In this document: positions 50,352-60,806 of the stretch, piece after piece | Position numbering within the stretch: the first letter of the stretch is position 1 | Layout of the letters: the number at the start of each line of letters is the position of its first letter | Origin: Emcibacteraceae bacterium | GTDB taxonomy: Bacteria > Pseudomonadota > Alphaproteobacteria > Sphingomonadales > Emcibacteraceae | Direction: 5' to 3' | DNA length: 64,000 nucleotides | Assembly: GCA_016744185.1 (NCBI GenBank) | Contig: JADGEY010000003.1 | Location: 169-64,168, forward strand | Notes under the pieces: generated by a model | The model's database searches: none | What the model was told of the DNA's origin: nothing | Seen by the model: only the letters and a program-made list of their open reading frames with translations | Position numbers and translations under genes: made by a program

Positions 50352-51263
50352 ATGTCAAAAAATATTAGCGATCAAAAAACCTCTTTAAGACCCATTAATT
50401 TTTTGCCTGATGAAAGGCGGCAAGGAGCGGCTAAATTATTGCCTTGGGTTATGGCGGTCATGGTTTATCTAAGTGCGCTTTCTCTTATGGGAGTGATGCT
50501 TTTAGGGACAGGGTTAGAACAGTGGGGAAGAGATTTAGAAACGCATGTTACAGTGCAAATTACTGAAAATGATTATGCAAAATCACAAAAAAGCTATGTG
50601 CAGCTAGAAAGTCTTTTGAAAGAAACAGTGGGTATAAAAAGCTTTCGAAGATTTAACGATCAAGAAATTTCAGCTTTGTTAGAGCCGTGGCTCGGACTTG
50701 GTAATATAAACTCTGATCTGCCTATTCCGATTATGATTGATGTAGAACTCGAAAGCGAAATTACCATAAATCTAGCTGCCTTAGAAAAAAAATTGCAAAG
50801 CATTTCACCCGAAATTCATCTTGACGGTCATCAACAGTGGCTTTCTGATTTAAATGAACTTACAGCTATGGTGCGCATTATTGCGATGGGCGTTTTTTTT
50901 CTTGTGGTGATGGCATCTATTTCAATTATAATCTTTGGTACAAAAGCGGGAATGTCTGAACATAAAAATACCATTAAAATCGTCCATATACTTGGTGCTA
51001 CGGATTGGTTTATTGCGGAATCATTTCAAAAGCGTTTTTTTCGTTATGGGATGAAAGGGGGCATAATTGGGTTTGTAGGCGCTTTAATAACAATTCTTCT
51101 TTTGTTTAATATAGTATCTTCCTTGAGCAAAAATTTTGTTTTAACAGTTGATCTTCCTTGGGCAGAAATATTTATTTTATTTTTATTGCCTCTTGGCTCT
51201 GCTCTTCTTTCAATGATAACTGCGCGGTTTACTGTATTGCGTGCTTTGAAATTGATGCTTTAA
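50352..51263 (+). CDS. ftsX: cell division permease-like protein FtsX
   Basis: 303 aa with one TM helix, a periplasmic domain and three TM helices. Immediately follows ftsE. Confidence 0.85.
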   Translation: MSKNISDQKTSLRPINFLPDERRQGAAKLLPWVMAVMVYLSALSLMGVMLLGTGLEQWGRDLETHVTVQITENDYAKSQKSYVQLESLLKETVGIKSFRRFNDQEISALLEPWLGLGNINSDLPIPIMIDVELESEITINLAALEKKLQSISPEIHLDGHQQWLSDLNELTAMVRIIAMGVFFLVVMASISIIIFGTKAGMSEHKNTIKIVHILGATDWFIAESFQKRFFRYGMKGGIIGFVGALITILLLFNIVSSLSKNFVLTVDLPWAEIFILFLLPLGSALLSMITARFTVLRALKLML

Positions 51264-51829
51264 TGATTAAATTTTTTTTAAGAACCATCACTATTTTAGG
51301 TCTTTTTTGGCTGTTTGGGCTTGCGAATTATATTTACCGTCTTGTGCAAGAGGGCAGTCCAGAATTTTCTCAAAATCAGATGTTGCCGCAGGAGGCCACC
51401 GTGCTTTTAACAGGGGGGCAGAACCGCCTGAAAGTGGTGGCAAATCTTTTAAAAAAAGGAGCGGTTAAAAGACTTTTGATCACGGGGGTGAATAAAAATG
51501 TTGTTAATCAGCAGGTTTTTTCAATTTTAAAGGCAACAAAAGAGCAAATTAAATGCTGCATTGATATTGGCTATAAAGCAAAAGACACGCAGGGCAATGC
51601 AAACGAGGCGCGTGACTGGGTTTTAAAACATGATTTTAAACATATTCGTCTTGTAACCTCTTTAGAGCATATGCCCCGTGCGCTACATGTTTTTTCAGAT
51701 CAAATGCCTGATATTAAAATTTCACCTTACCCTGTTGGAATTTGGCGGAGCGAAAATGTAAATATTTATGGGCTGCTTAGAGAATATAACAAATATCTTT
51801 ATAGTTTACTGCATTCTTATTTTGCTTAA
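51263..51829 (+). CDS. YdcF/ElyC (DUF218) family protein
   Basis: LLTGGQNR...ITG...DTQGNA motifs. Start moved to ATG 51263-51265, which overlaps the ftsX TAA; the track start at 51158 lies inside ftsX. Confidence 0.7.
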   Translation: MIKFFLRTITILGLFWLFGLANYIYRLVQEGSPEFSQNQMLPQEATVLLTGGQNRLKVVANLLKKGAVKRLLITGVNKNVVNQQVFSILKATKEQIKCCIDIGYKAKDTQGNANEARDWVLKHDFKHIRLVTSLEHMPRALHVFSDQMPDIKISPYPVGIWRSENVNIYGLLREYNKYLYSLLHSYFA

Positions 51830-51914
51830 AATAGGGGTGTATTTTTAGTATTTCTTTAATCTTTATAGGGTAACACTCTTTATTTAATACTTAAAATATA
51901 CAGGGATATTTCTA

Positions 51915-52604
51915 ATGATTAATAAAGATTTTTCTAATTTTCTTCTTTCAGCTTCTCTAATTATAATCTCTTCGTCCGCAGCGCATGCTGATGGTATAGC
52001 CGTTGGAGCAAAGGTTAGCACGCTTGGCATCGGACCAGAGATTACTATTAGTCTTACCGATGCTATTAATATTCGTTTGGGGGCAAATTTCTTTAATATG
52101 GATAAGACCTTAACGGAGGGCGGTAATGAATTTGATTTTGCTTTAAAAATGTCAAATTATACGGCTTTTGCTGATTTTCATGTCTTTGGCGGCGGATTTC
52201 GTTTGACAGGCGGAGCGATGAATAACAAGGGCAATATTCTTTCAGGTGTTGCAAATAGTACAAATAATTATGATATTAATGGTATCTCTTACACGAACGT
52301 AGAAGTTGGTGATCTTAAAGGTGAGCTGCGTATGGGGCAGGATATCTCGCCTTATTTGGGTCTTGGCTGGGGCAATAATCTTGGTGCTGCGAGTAATTTT
52401 ACTTTTAATTTTGATCTTGGTGTTTTCTTTACAGGCACTCCAAAAGCAAGCCTGACTACAACAGGGGGAACGTTGGCTTCTAATGCAGCGGCTAATCAAA
52501 TTCTTCAAGATAATTTGGCAAGAGAGCAAGATAAAATTCTAGAGGATATTAAAGATTATAAATATTATCCAATGGTTTCAATTTCTGTTGCTTACCGTTT
52601 TTAA
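51915..52604 (+). CDS. small outer-membrane beta-barrel protein
   Basis: Signal peptide ending AHA-DG, alternating amphipathic strands, and a C-terminal ...VAYRF aromatic terminus. Confidence 0.65.
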   Translation: MINKDFSNFLLSASLIIISSSAAHADGIAVGAKVSTLGIGPEITISLTDAINIRLGANFFNMDKTLTEGGNEFDFALKMSNYTAFADFHVFGGGFRLTGGAMNNKGNILSGVANSTNNYDINGISYTNVEVGDLKGELRMGQDISPYLGLGWGNNLGAASNFTFNFDLGVFFTGTPKASLTTTGGTLASNAAANQILQDNLAREQDKILEDIKDYKYYPMVSISVAYRF

Positions 52605-52625
52605 TAATATAAATATAATATGATA

Positions 52626-52664
52626 AAGGGTGGAGTTTAGAAATAGACACCCCCCTTTTTTTTG
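52626..52664 (+). terminator. possible rho-independent terminator
   Basis: GGGTG (52628-52632) pairs with CACCC (52648-52652), followed by CCC and a T8 run. The loop is long (15 nt), so this is only moderate. Confidence 0.45.
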
Positions 52665-52716
52665 CTAGGATTAAAGCGCAGTTTACTTTTGATGATGGAA
52701 AGTTTATTTTACTTTT

Positions 52717-53844
52717 ATGCAAAATGAAGGCATGAAGAGTAAGGGTTTTAAAATGCGGTTTAAATTATTAGTGATAACGGTTGTTTTTGCGGTGAGCGGC
52801 TATGTTTTTCTATGGCATTATATGGCGGATAAAGCCGAAGGGAAAATGCTTGATTTTATAAAGCAGAAGCGAGAGCAGGGCTATGAGATAAGCTATGATG
52901 AGCTTTTGACAGAGGGCTTCCCGTACCGCATCGTTATTCATTTCCCTGAAATTGATATTGTTATTCCCCCCTCTTTGTCCGAGAATATTCTAGGATTTTA
53001 TAGGGTGAAAAATCTTTTTATGGCGGTGCAGCCTTGGAAATTATCTCATGGAATTATTCTTGCTGATACGCTTTGGGCGGCAAATATTTATAATGCTTCA
53101 GAGGGCTTTTCTGCCAAGATGTCAGATATTAAATCTTCAGTGATTGTCGATGAAGATTATCAAAATTTCTTAAGAATGTCGGTTAAAATTAATCAGTTTT
53201 CTTGGAATTATGATAGGGGAGCAAATGATGAAAAAGCATCTTTTGCTCATAATATAAATTTCCATATTCGCAGTCTTACAGAAGAAAACAGGCTTAAGAA
53301 AGCTAAAACTTCTGGCTTCAATAGGGCGGCAAAAGCGATGAATGCTCCCATTGTAGAATTATTGTTCAAAGCAGAGAAAATAGAGACCGCAGGGTTTCTT
53401 GCAAATATATATGGCGAGAAAATCCATAGGTTTATTTTTGAAGGGCAGCTGAACGGGGAAGAAATTCCTGAACTTACGGAAATATCATTGAAAAATTGGC
53501 GGGACGGCGGGGGGACGCTCTCTCTTCAGAGGTTTGAGATGCAAACAGATGAAATAGGGTTGGTTTTAAAGGGCGATATTGCCTTAGATGATAGCTTTAA
53601 GCCTCTGGGTGCCTTGTCGCTTGACATAAAAGGCATGGATTATCTTTTTTCTATTTTTTCAGCGCAGGAGAGTTTAAAGCAGGGCGAGGGCTTGAAAATG
53701 CTGGAAAAACTAAAGCAAGATGCAGAAATACAAAAAGAGCAGGGAAAATCTCATTATTCCATGAATATCAGTTTGCAAAATGGTTTGTTATTTTTAGGGG
53801 AGATTCCTCTGACCGCACTGCCGTCTTTTGTAGGTCAGGATTAA
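52717..53844 (+). CDS. hypothetical membrane-anchored protein (DUF2125-like?)
   Basis: 375 aa with a single N-terminal TM helix (MRFKLLVITVVFAVSGYVFLW). Family suggestion comes only from size, architecture and alphaproteobacterial context. Alternative start 52753. Confidence 0.4.
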   Translation: MQNEGMKSKGFKMRFKLLVITVVFAVSGYVFLWHYMADKAEGKMLDFIKQKREQGYEISYDELLTEGFPYRIVIHFPEIDIVIPPSLSENILGFYRVKNLFMAVQPWKLSHGIILADTLWAANIYNASEGFSAKMSDIKSSVIVDEDYQNFLRMSVKINQFSWNYDRGANDEKASFAHNINFHIRSLTEENRLKKAKTSGFNRAAKAMNAPIVELLFKAEKIETAGFLANIYGEKIHRFIFEGQLNGEEIPELTEISLKNWRDGGGTLSLQRFEMQTDEIGLVLKGDIALDDSFKPLGALSLDIKGMDYLFSIFSAQESLKQGEGLKMLEKLKQDAEIQKEQGKSHYSMNISLQNGLLFLGEIPLTALPSFVGQD

Positions 53845-54773
53845 TTATTTTTCTCGTCCTGAGGGATATTATGAGAGCGTCCAAAATCGGCAGCGGCTTC
53901 ATCTTGCCCTGCATCGATAATCTCTCTTCTAATGCGGCGGGTTTTATCAAATAATTCAAAAAGAGCCTCGCCATCGCCGTAGCGAATAGACCGCTGCAAA
54001 GCGGTTAAATCCTCGCTAAAACGTCCCAACATTTCAAGAACGGCTTCTTTGTTGTTCAAGAAGACATCACGCCACATGGTGGGATCGGACGCAGCGATAC
54101 GGGTAAAATCCCGAAAGCCCCCTGCTGAAAATTTAATAACCTCGGATTTGGTAACTTCTTCTAAATGGCGCGCTGTGCCAACGATATTATAGGCGATAAG
54201 ATGGGGAACATGGCTGGTGATGGCGAGAACTTGATCATGATGCTCTGGGCTCATAATTTCCACATTACTGCCAAGGGATTCCCAGAATTTTATGAGATCA
54301 GATAATGCTTGAGGATCGGCATCTTCAGGCGTTAAGATGCACCAGCGATCTTTAAATAAGCTGCCAAACCCTGCTTTAGGACCTGACTGCTCCGTTCCCG
54401 CTACGGGGTGTCCTGCAATGGCGTGAACATATTTGGGTATATGGCGTTTAAAAATTTGTGCCACAGATGTTTTAACAGAGCCAACATCGGTAATAACAGC
54501 ATTTTTTTTAAGATGGGGAGCGATTAACTCTACAATTTCTTCAAAAGCTCCCAGCGGCGTTGCAAGAATAATAAGATCAGCGTCCTTAACGGCATCTTTG
54601 GGGCAAGAAAGCATTTTATCGGCAAGCTTAAGCTCTATCGCTGCGCTGCGGCTTTCTTCTGAATTATCACAGCCGATAAGGCATGAGGTTAGGTCATTTT
54701 CTTTAACCGCTCGGGCAAGAGAAGAGCCGATAAGTCCAAAACCAATAATCGCTATTTGTTCGTAATGTGCCAA
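53841..54773 (-). CDS. tyrC: prephenate/arogenate (cyclohexadienyl) dehydrogenase
   Basis: Rossmann motif IAIIGFGLIGSS and GHPVAGTE active-site region. Follows hisC. Confidence 0.88.
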   Translation of the reverse strand: MAHYEQIAIIGFGLIGSSLARAVKENDLTSCLIGCDNSEESRSAAIELKLADKMLSCPKDAVKDADLIILATPLGAFEEIVELIAPHLKKNAVITDVGSVKTSVAQIFKRHIPKYVHAIAGHPVAGTEQSGPKAGFGSLFKDRWCILTPEDADPQALSDLIKFWESLGSNVEIMSPEHHDQVLAITSHVPHLIAYNIVGTARHLEEVTKSEVIKFSAGGFRDFTRIAASDPTMWRDVFLNNKEAVLEMLGRFSEDLTALQRSIRYGDGEALFELFDKTRRIRREIIDAGQDEAAADFGRSHNIPQDEKNN

Positions 54774-54777
54774 TGTC

Positions 54778-55896
54778 CTAGTCCTTTTGTCCCATAAATT
54801 CTTTTAGAAGCGAGATAAGCTTTTGGTTTTCTTCTTCGCTGCCAACGGTTACTCGCAAATAATCGCCAAGCCCTTGATGCGCAAGCCAGCGCAGGATAAA
54901 TCCTCGCTTCAATAAAAATTCATTCGCATTTTGTGCTGATTTCTTGCCTTTTGGAAAGCGCATTAAAATAAAATTGGTTTTTGAAGCAATCGGTTTTAGA
55001 CTTAGTTTTTTAAATTCACTGTTCAGCCATGCAAGCCATTTTGCATTATGGTCAAACGCCATTTTTTCAAATTCCACATCTTTTAAGGCTGCCGTTCCTG
55101 CGACCTGCGCGGAAGTGGGTACATTAAAAGGGTCTCTGATTTTATCAAGACAGTCGATAATATCTTGGCAGGCATAGCCCCAACCAAGCCGTAAAGCGGC
55201 AAGACCATAAAGCTTTGAAAATGTTCGTGTCATTAATATATTTTGAGCTTTTTGAATTATTTCAAGACCAGAATCATAATCCACCTCATCAATAAATTCT
55301 GCATAGGCACTGTCAAGGACAAGCAGGACGCTTGCAGGAATATTTTGCCATAGGCGCAGCACTTCACTTTGCGTAAGGTACGTTCCCGTGGGATTATTAG
55401 GGTTGGCAAGGAAAATAAGCCTCGTTTTATCTGTAAGAGCCGCTAAAATATTATCCACATTGGCGGTATAATTAACGTCATCAACCTCCACAGGCACAGC
55501 GCCTACAGAAGTCGCTGCAATGGGATACATCATAAAACTATGACGGCTAAAGATAACCTCATCATGGGGGGCAAGGTACGCTCTGCAAGCCAGTTTTAAA
55601 ATTTCATCACTACCCACACCGCAAATAATTTGGCGGCTTTCAATATTATATTTTCGGGCTAAAGCATCTCGTAGGTCAGTATAATTTCCATCAGGATAGC
55701 GGTGCAGATTTACCGCAGCCTCCATATAAGCTTTCACCGCTTTAGGGGAGGTTCCGACAGCACTTTCATTAGATGAAAGCTTGATAGGCTTTGAAATTCC
55801 AGAGGCTTTAGATTTTCCGCCAATATAAAGTTCTTGGGTTTTAATCCAAGGTCTAGGCTTTAATGCGGGCTTTGGGTTTATTTTATCTTGCGGCAT
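54778..55896 (-). CDS. hisC: histidinol-phosphate aminotransferase
   Basis: Class II aminotransferase with the PLP lysine in TFSKLYGLA. 372 aa. Confidence 0.88.
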   Translation of the reverse strand: MPQDKINPKPALKPRPWIKTQELYIGGKSKASGISKPIKLSSNESAVGTSPKAVKAYMEAAVNLHRYPDGNYTDLRDALARKYNIESRQIICGVGSDEILKLACRAYLAPHDEVIFSRHSFMMYPIAATSVGAVPVEVDDVNYTANVDNILAALTDKTRLIFLANPNNPTGTYLTQSEVLRLWQNIPASVLLVLDSAYAEFIDEVDYDSGLEIIQKAQNILMTRTFSKLYGLAALRLGWGYACQDIIDCLDKIRDPFNVPTSAQVAGTAALKDVEFEKMAFDHNAKWLAWLNSEFKKLSLKPIASKTNFILMRFPKGKKSAQNANEFLLKRGFILRWLAHQGLGDYLRVTVGSEEENQKLISLLKEFMGQKD

Positions 55897-56013
55897 TTTA
55901 ATCTCTTATTTTAGGGTGGCATAAGCCAAGATTTACACTTTATTTGCTCCTTTCACCACTTAAAAGATGATTATTATTGACATATTCTATAAAATGTAAT
56001 CAAAAGATTACAA

Positions 56014-57183
56014 ATGAAAAATAAAAAGCCCATAAATATGCCACCTAATAAAAGCCAATATGAAAATTGTAAAATCAAACAATTTGATAGAGCCTTAAAA
56101 CTCGATAGCACAGAAGAGCTTAAATCCTTGCAGATTGCCTATAATACATATGGGACTTTAAATAAGGATAAGTCCAATGCGGTTATGGTCTGTCATGCTC
56201 TGACGGGCGATCAATATCTTATTGGTCATAACCCTATTACGAACAACGGCGGTTGGTGGGAATTAATGGTCGGCAGCGGTAAGGCAGTGGATACGGACAA
56301 GTTCTTTGTTATTTGCCCAAATGTTTTGGGCGGCTGCGCAGGGACGACAGGGCCTTCATCACTTAATCCTGAAACGGCTCGCCCCTACGGTCTTGATTTT
56401 CCTGTGATTACAATTTCAGATATGGTGCGCGCGCAAGTTATGCTGCTTGATTATCTTGGGATTGATAGACTTCTTACCGTTATGGGTGGCTCTATGGGCG
56501 GTATGCAGGCTCTTTGCTGGGCAGCGGAGTATCCAGACAGGGTTGCAGGCTGCATTCCAATTGCTTCCACATGGCGCCATAGCGCACAAAATATCGCTTT
56601 TCATGAAGTCGGGCGGCAAGCGATTATGGCTGATCTTGCATGGAATAAGGGAAATTACTACGAAAAAGAACAGCGTCCCTCAGCAGGGCTCGCCGTTGCT
56701 CGTATGGCGGCTCATATCACCTATATGTCGGAAAAAACGCTCACCGAACGTTTTGGACGTAATTTGCAAGACCGTGAGAAACTAGGCTTTGGTTTTGACG
56801 CTGATTTTCAGATAGAAAGCTACTTGCGCCATCAAGGGATTAGTTTTGTCGAGCGTTATGATGCGAATAGTTATCTTTATATTACAAGGGCAACCGATTA
56901 TTATGACCTAAGCGCAGGTCATGGATCACTGTCAGAAGCCTTTGAGGGAACAAAAACCCGTTTTTGTGTGCTGTCCTTCGATACAGACTGGCTCTATACC
57001 ACGCAGGAAAGCCGCACCCTTATGCGGGCTCTTAATGCGTCCAAAGCGCATGTAAGTTTTGCTGATTTAAGCATGGATAAGGGGCATGATAGCTTCTTGC
57101 TTGACTGCCCTGAAATGTTTGACATGGTTTCAGGCTTTCTGTCTGCTACTATGAAATCTTTGGATAGAGGGGGCAACTTATGA
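56014..57183 (+). CDS. metX: homoserine O-acetyltransferase
   Basis: Alpha/beta hydrolase with nucleophile elbow [10 protein letters not shown]. Followed by metW with a 4-nt overlap. Confidence 0.92.
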   Translation: MKNKKPINMPPNKSQYENCKIKQFDRALKLDSTEELKSLQIAYNTYGTLNKDKSNAVMVCHALTGDQYLIGHNPITNNGGWWELMVGSGKAVDTDKFFVICPNVLGGCAGTTGPSSLNPETARPYGLDFPVITISDMVRAQVMLLDYLGIDRLLTVMGGSMGGMQALCWAAEYPDRVAGCIPIASTWRHSAQNIAFHEVGRQAIMADLAWNKGNYYEKEQRPSAGLAVARMAAHITYMSEKTLTERFGRNLQDREKLGFGFDADFQIESYLRHQGISFVERYDANSYLYITRATDYYDLSAGHGSLSEAFEGTKTRFCVLSFDTDWLYTTQESRTLMRALNASKAHVSFADLSMDKGHDSFLLDCPEMFDMVSGFLSATMKSLDRGGNL

Positions 57184-57803
57184 ACAACTCAGACAGAGCA
57201 GCAGACATAAGAATTGATTTTATTCTTATATCCCAAATGATTAAAGAAGGTTCTACCGTGCTTGATGTGGGCTGCGGTGATGGGGATTTGCTCGAATTTT
57301 TATCTTCACAAAAGAACATTGATGCAAGAGGAATTGAAATTACCGCTTCTGGCGTGAAAAACTCTATCTCAAAAGGCTTAAGCGTTATTCAAGGCAATGC
57401 AGAAAAAGATATTAAATTTTATCCCGATAACAGCTTTGATTACGTGCTTCTAAGCCAGACTTTGCAGGCAGTGAACAGACCCGATCTTCTTTTAAAAGAA
57501 TTACTCAGGGTTGGAAAAAAAGCGATTGTTTCTTTCCCCAATTTTGGCTATTGGCGGGTTAGATTTAATCTAATGCTAAAAGGTACGATGCCAATGAATA
57601 AAACATTAAGCCATCCATGGTACTCAAGCCCTAATATTCATTTCTGTACCATTCGGGATTTTGTGGGTTTATGTGATGAACTTGATATGAAAATTATTAA
57701 TCATATGGCAATTAACGCAGGGGGTATAAAAATGAAATTTGATCATTTAGGGATTGCAAACTTCTTTGCGACGCAGGGGCTCTATCTAATTACGAAAGAC
57801 TAA
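57180..57803 (+). CDS. metW: methionine biosynthesis protein MetW
   Basis: SAM-MTase-like [12 protein letters not shown] and conserved MetW C-terminus (FPNFGYWR...HFCTIRDF). Confidence 0.9.
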   Translation: MNNSDRAADIRIDFILISQMIKEGSTVLDVGCGDGDLLEFLSSQKNIDARGIEITASGVKNSISKGLSVIQGNAEKDIKFYPDNSFDYVLLSQTLQAVNRPDLLLKELLRVGKKAIVSFPNFGYWRVRFNLMLKGTMPMNKTLSHPWYSSPNIHFCTIRDFVGLCDELDMKIINHMAINAGGIKMKFDHLGIANFFATQGLYLITKD

Positions 57804-57841
57804 TGAGATCGTTTCATTACTAGACCGAAATAAATAGAGTT

Positions 57842-58624
57842 CTATTTTTTTAAGTATTTAGAATTTGACGTAAATTGGGAAGAAGCGGGAATTATTTTTT
57901 TAGCTTTAATTTTAGCAGGGTTAAGAGGAGTACGAGCATAAATTTGTTTTTCAGCTTCAATAATAAGAGCGCCTGATAGTTTTTTCCACCATTTTAACCC
58001 TGTAGTTTCAAAAGGAGACATGAGTGAGAGCATCGTACGGTTTCTAAAAGGCGGCAGGGCAAGGGCGGCCGCTGAATTTACGGGGGTTAGCATATTATCC
58101 GAAAGCATTTTTTTGATTTGTCTTGTGGAAAAGGGTCTTCCATGACCAAAAGGCGTTTTATCGCTTTTTGTCCAAAACCCTGATCTGTTGGGAACGATGA
58201 CAATCACTCTTCCACCAGGGGACAGGCAGCGCCAAATCTCTCGCAAAAACCGTTTGCTCTGCTCTGTATTTTCAAGGCAGTGCGAGATAATAATACGGTC
58301 CATTGCACCGTCTTTTAACGGCAGATATGCTTCATGAGAAAGGCAGGTTAAATTACCATTAAACCTGCCAAATCTATCTTTTTCATTATGGGCGTTATAA
58401 TGCGGCCAGCGCAGCACCCCTTGCTGGGCAGGCATGATTGAGGCGGTTACCGACGCTTCTAGCCGTAATTTTTCCATTAAAGGGATAGCGTAGCCAAGCC
58501 CAAGTAATGTCATTCCCGTAACGTCGGGCCAAAAACTATAGATTTGCTGGCGTATCAGACGGGCGGTGATGCGCCCCAGAGGAGACTGGTAAAAAGCTCT
58601 AAGATCGGTAACGTCTTGAAACAT
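57842..58624 (-). CDS. class I SAM-dependent methyltransferase
   Basis: LLGLGYA... and GGRVIVIVPN motifs typical of Methyltransf_11-type proteins. Confidence 0.6.
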   Translation of the reverse strand: MFQDVTDLRAFYQSPLGRITARLIRQQIYSFWPDVTGMTLLGLGYAIPLMEKLRLEASVTASIMPAQQGVLRWPHYNAHNEKDRFGRFNGNLTCLSHEAYLPLKDGAMDRIIISHCLENTEQSKRFLREIWRCLSPGGRVIVIVPNRSGFWTKSDKTPFGHGRPFSTRQIKKMLSDNMLTPVNSAAALALPPFRNRTMLSLMSPFETTGLKWWKKLSGALIIEAEKQIYARTPLNPAKIKAKKIIPASSQFTSNSKYLKK

Positions 58625-58732
58625 ATCTTGCTCTTTGTTAAAAGTAAAACAGCAGGATAATTTTTATTTGCCGCTTGGTCTAGTTTTTAATGAAATATTT
58701 TACTTAAACAAAAGACATTAAGCTTTTATTCC

Positions 58733-59314
58733 TCATTTAACAGGGAAATACCGGTAATGCCCTGTAATTTTCGCACCAAACAAGAAATCCTCAAGCTTTG
58801 GTCCCCACCCAATATTATGAATAATAAGGGGGATAGATTTGCTTGATTTTTGATCAACAACAATTCCAATATGAGGAAGATTATTCGCGAGCCTCCAAGT
58901 GACAAGATCGCCTGCTTTATAATCATTTGGATTTTTTGTAATAGGCAAAGAATAGCCTTTTCTTTTTAAAAACCTTCTTATATTTGGTACTCTTCGGTGG
59001 TCAATATTACTATCTGGTTTTTTCAGCCCCCAATTTTTAGGATATGAAGAAAAATGAGATTTCATATCCTCATGAATAAGCTGTTGAAAATCAAGCCCCA
59101 ATTGGCGGTAGCTGCGGATAATAACATCTGTACAAACGCCAGTATTTTTATGAACGTCCCCCATAGGATATTTTAATTTCACATATTTACCGTTATAAAT
59201 GACAAAAGACTTCAATCTTGCATGAGCCGCCTTAACCAAATTTTCAGAATTAACGCCCTTCTGCGCAAAAGCAGTGAAGGGAATAAAAATAATAATAAAA
59301 ATAATTTTTTGCAT
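58733..59314 (-). CDS. secreted DUF1287-family protein
   Basis: Signal peptide MQKIIFIIIFIPFTAFAQ. CTDVIIRSYRQLGLDFQ and GDLVTW...HIGIVV blocks are characteristic of DUF1287. Confidence 0.65.
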   Translation of the reverse strand: MQKIIFIIIFIPFTAFAQKGVNSENLVKAAHARLKSFVIYNGKYVKLKYPMGDVHKNTGVCTDVIIRSYRQLGLDFQQLIHEDMKSHFSSYPKNWGLKKPDSNIDHRRVPNIRRFLKRKGYSLPITKNPNDYKAGDLVTWRLANNLPHIGIVVDQKSSKSIPLIIHNIGWGPKLEDFLFGAKITGHYRYFPVK

Positions 59315-59467
59315 AATTTTACCTTGTAGCTGTTGTTTTCTTTAAAGAAATAATATTTAGAATCTGAAACATCTAATACTTATCCTTTAAAAATGGCATT
59401 TTTAAGATTATTTAGAAAATAAACTAATTTGTAAATCTCTACATCAGACTAGCATATAATTTTATCT

Positions 59468-59566
59468 TTCTTTAGGTGTAAATTTAACGCTGTACCAAAG
59501 GAGAGCTTCGGGCTATTTTTAAAAGAATGTGAAGGGCATTTTAATAACAGTGATCTTTCGAGTTAA
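59468..59566 (+). pseudogene. relic of the C-terminal end of an IS1595-family transposase
   Basis: Frame reads FFRCKFNAVPKESFGLFLKECEGHFNNSDLSS-stop. This matches the conserved IS1595/ISXO2-like tail (K..L..fnGvpke.f.l.LKEcE.RfNnr). In-frame stops lie immediately upstream and no intact transposase ORF is present. Confidence 0.6.
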
Positions 59567-59603
59567 TTAAAATAAAACAAATGGTTAAGCAATAAAAACT
59601 ACA

Positions 59604-60806
59604 TTAACACCCCTCACGCAATAATAATTTTGCTGTTTCTATATTGTAAATATAATTTCCAATAGTGCCATCTACAATTTTATTTATGACCTCATCTATA
59701 ATAAATACGGGCGCTAGAAACCATTCTTGGGGAGAGACAGGGCTGCCAAAGCGGTCGTTAATTTGAATTTCTAACTTGGCATTTGAAAATACTTTATGGA
59801 GCATTTTTTCAATCTTCACTCTATTGATATTGGCGAGTTTATAGGTTGCAATAATTTCAACATCGGCGAGTAAATATGTTGCGTCATTCCTCGCATTGGC
59901 AATACGTCTTTTAACGTCCCCCCCTGTTACGCCAATTTTATGAAGAATTTCACGGTGTTTTTTAACGGTAGGGTGGTCTGACATGCTTCTAAGGACATAG
60001 ATTGTGCCGCTCGGTAAATCATCACTTTCAGCCCTGCCTGAAAAAAGCGGTCCAGAATTAGGGTCGCTGATTAATCTGCTGGTTTCATCTTTATACATGG
60101 CGCGGATAAGCGATCTAAGAAGGATATTACTTTGCGTGCCATTGGAATAAATCACCTGTAACCGTGCATCAGAATCACCGTTTGGGGCTTTAATAGCTTC
60201 TCCTAATTCAGCAATATAAGCCGTCTGCCCACCGACAATAATGAACTGATGTTTCTTGATATCTGTTTTGGCAAAGCCTGCATCTTTTCTGAAAAATATA
60301 GTGTCCCGCACGGCGGTATCAAGCTCATTTTGGACAGCCGTGAAAAGCGGTTTGAATTTTTCAAAATCTTCGCATTTTATGCGGCTGGCAATTTCTTCTG
60401 CGGCTCTTACTTCTGCGCGGGTACGAACATGTTTTAGGACGGTAACATCACCGTCTTTTGCCTCTACCCCTAATTGTGCGAGCAATTCATCGTCAGCAAT
60501 GGCAGAATCTATTTCTTCATGGTTTGCGGGTGATCCTTCTAAAAGATTCTGATGATCCATTTCGCAAATTAATTCATGGCATTCGGGCTGCTTTTTAATC
60601 TGGTCTAATCGGACGGCATAAATTCTCTCAAATATATTTTTATCTTCACCATAAGAGGGCAGGCGAGCATTATCAGTGACAAAGCTCTGAATTTCTTCAA
60701 AACCTGCAATGATGCGTTCTTCTTTTGCTGTGTATTTTTTCTTTTTTTCTTTTTTCTCTTCTACGCCCAGCGCAGTAAGAAGTTCAAGATCGCTCATATC
60801 AGTCAT
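59604..60806 (-). CDS. T5orf172 (MUG113) / GIY-YIG-like nuclease-domain protein with unassigned N-terminal region of about 270 aa
   Basis: C-terminal blocks GTIYVLRS, HKIGVTGGDVKRRI, IEKMLHKVF and QEWF. Start set at ATG 60804-60806, which overlaps the helicase stop within AATGACTGA. The track start at 60845 lies inside the helicase gene. Confidence 0.65.
   Translation of the reverse strand: MTDMSDLELLTALGVEEKKEKKKKYTAKEERIIAGFEEIQSFVTDNARLPSYGEDKNIFERIYAVRLDQIKKQPECHELICEMDHQNLLEGSPANHEEIDSAIADDELLAQLGVEAKDGDVTVLKHVRTRAEVRAAEEIASRIKCEDFEKFKPLFTAVQNELDTAVRDTIFFRKDAGFAKTDIKKHQFIIVGGQTAYIAELGEAIKAPNGDSDARLQVIYSNGTQSNILLRSLIRAMYKDETSRLISDPNSGPLFSGRAESDDLPSGTIYVLRSMSDHPTVKKHREILHKIGVTGGDVKRRIANARNDATYLLADVEIIATYKLANINRVKIEKMLHKVFSNAKLEIQINDRFGSPVSPQEWFLAPVFIIDEVINKIVDGTIGNYIYNIETAKLLLREGC

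Noticed and set aside
51158-51262. Upstream 35 codons of the DUF218 ORF
   Set aside because: This stretch lies inside ftsX in another frame. The ATG at 51263 overlaps the ftsX stop and starts the hydrophobic N-terminus typical of the family.
55897-56013. SAM riboswitch upstream of metX
   Set aside because: The spacer is too short, and I could not find the characteristic SAM-II pseudoknot elements by eye. An Infernal scan would be the decisive test.
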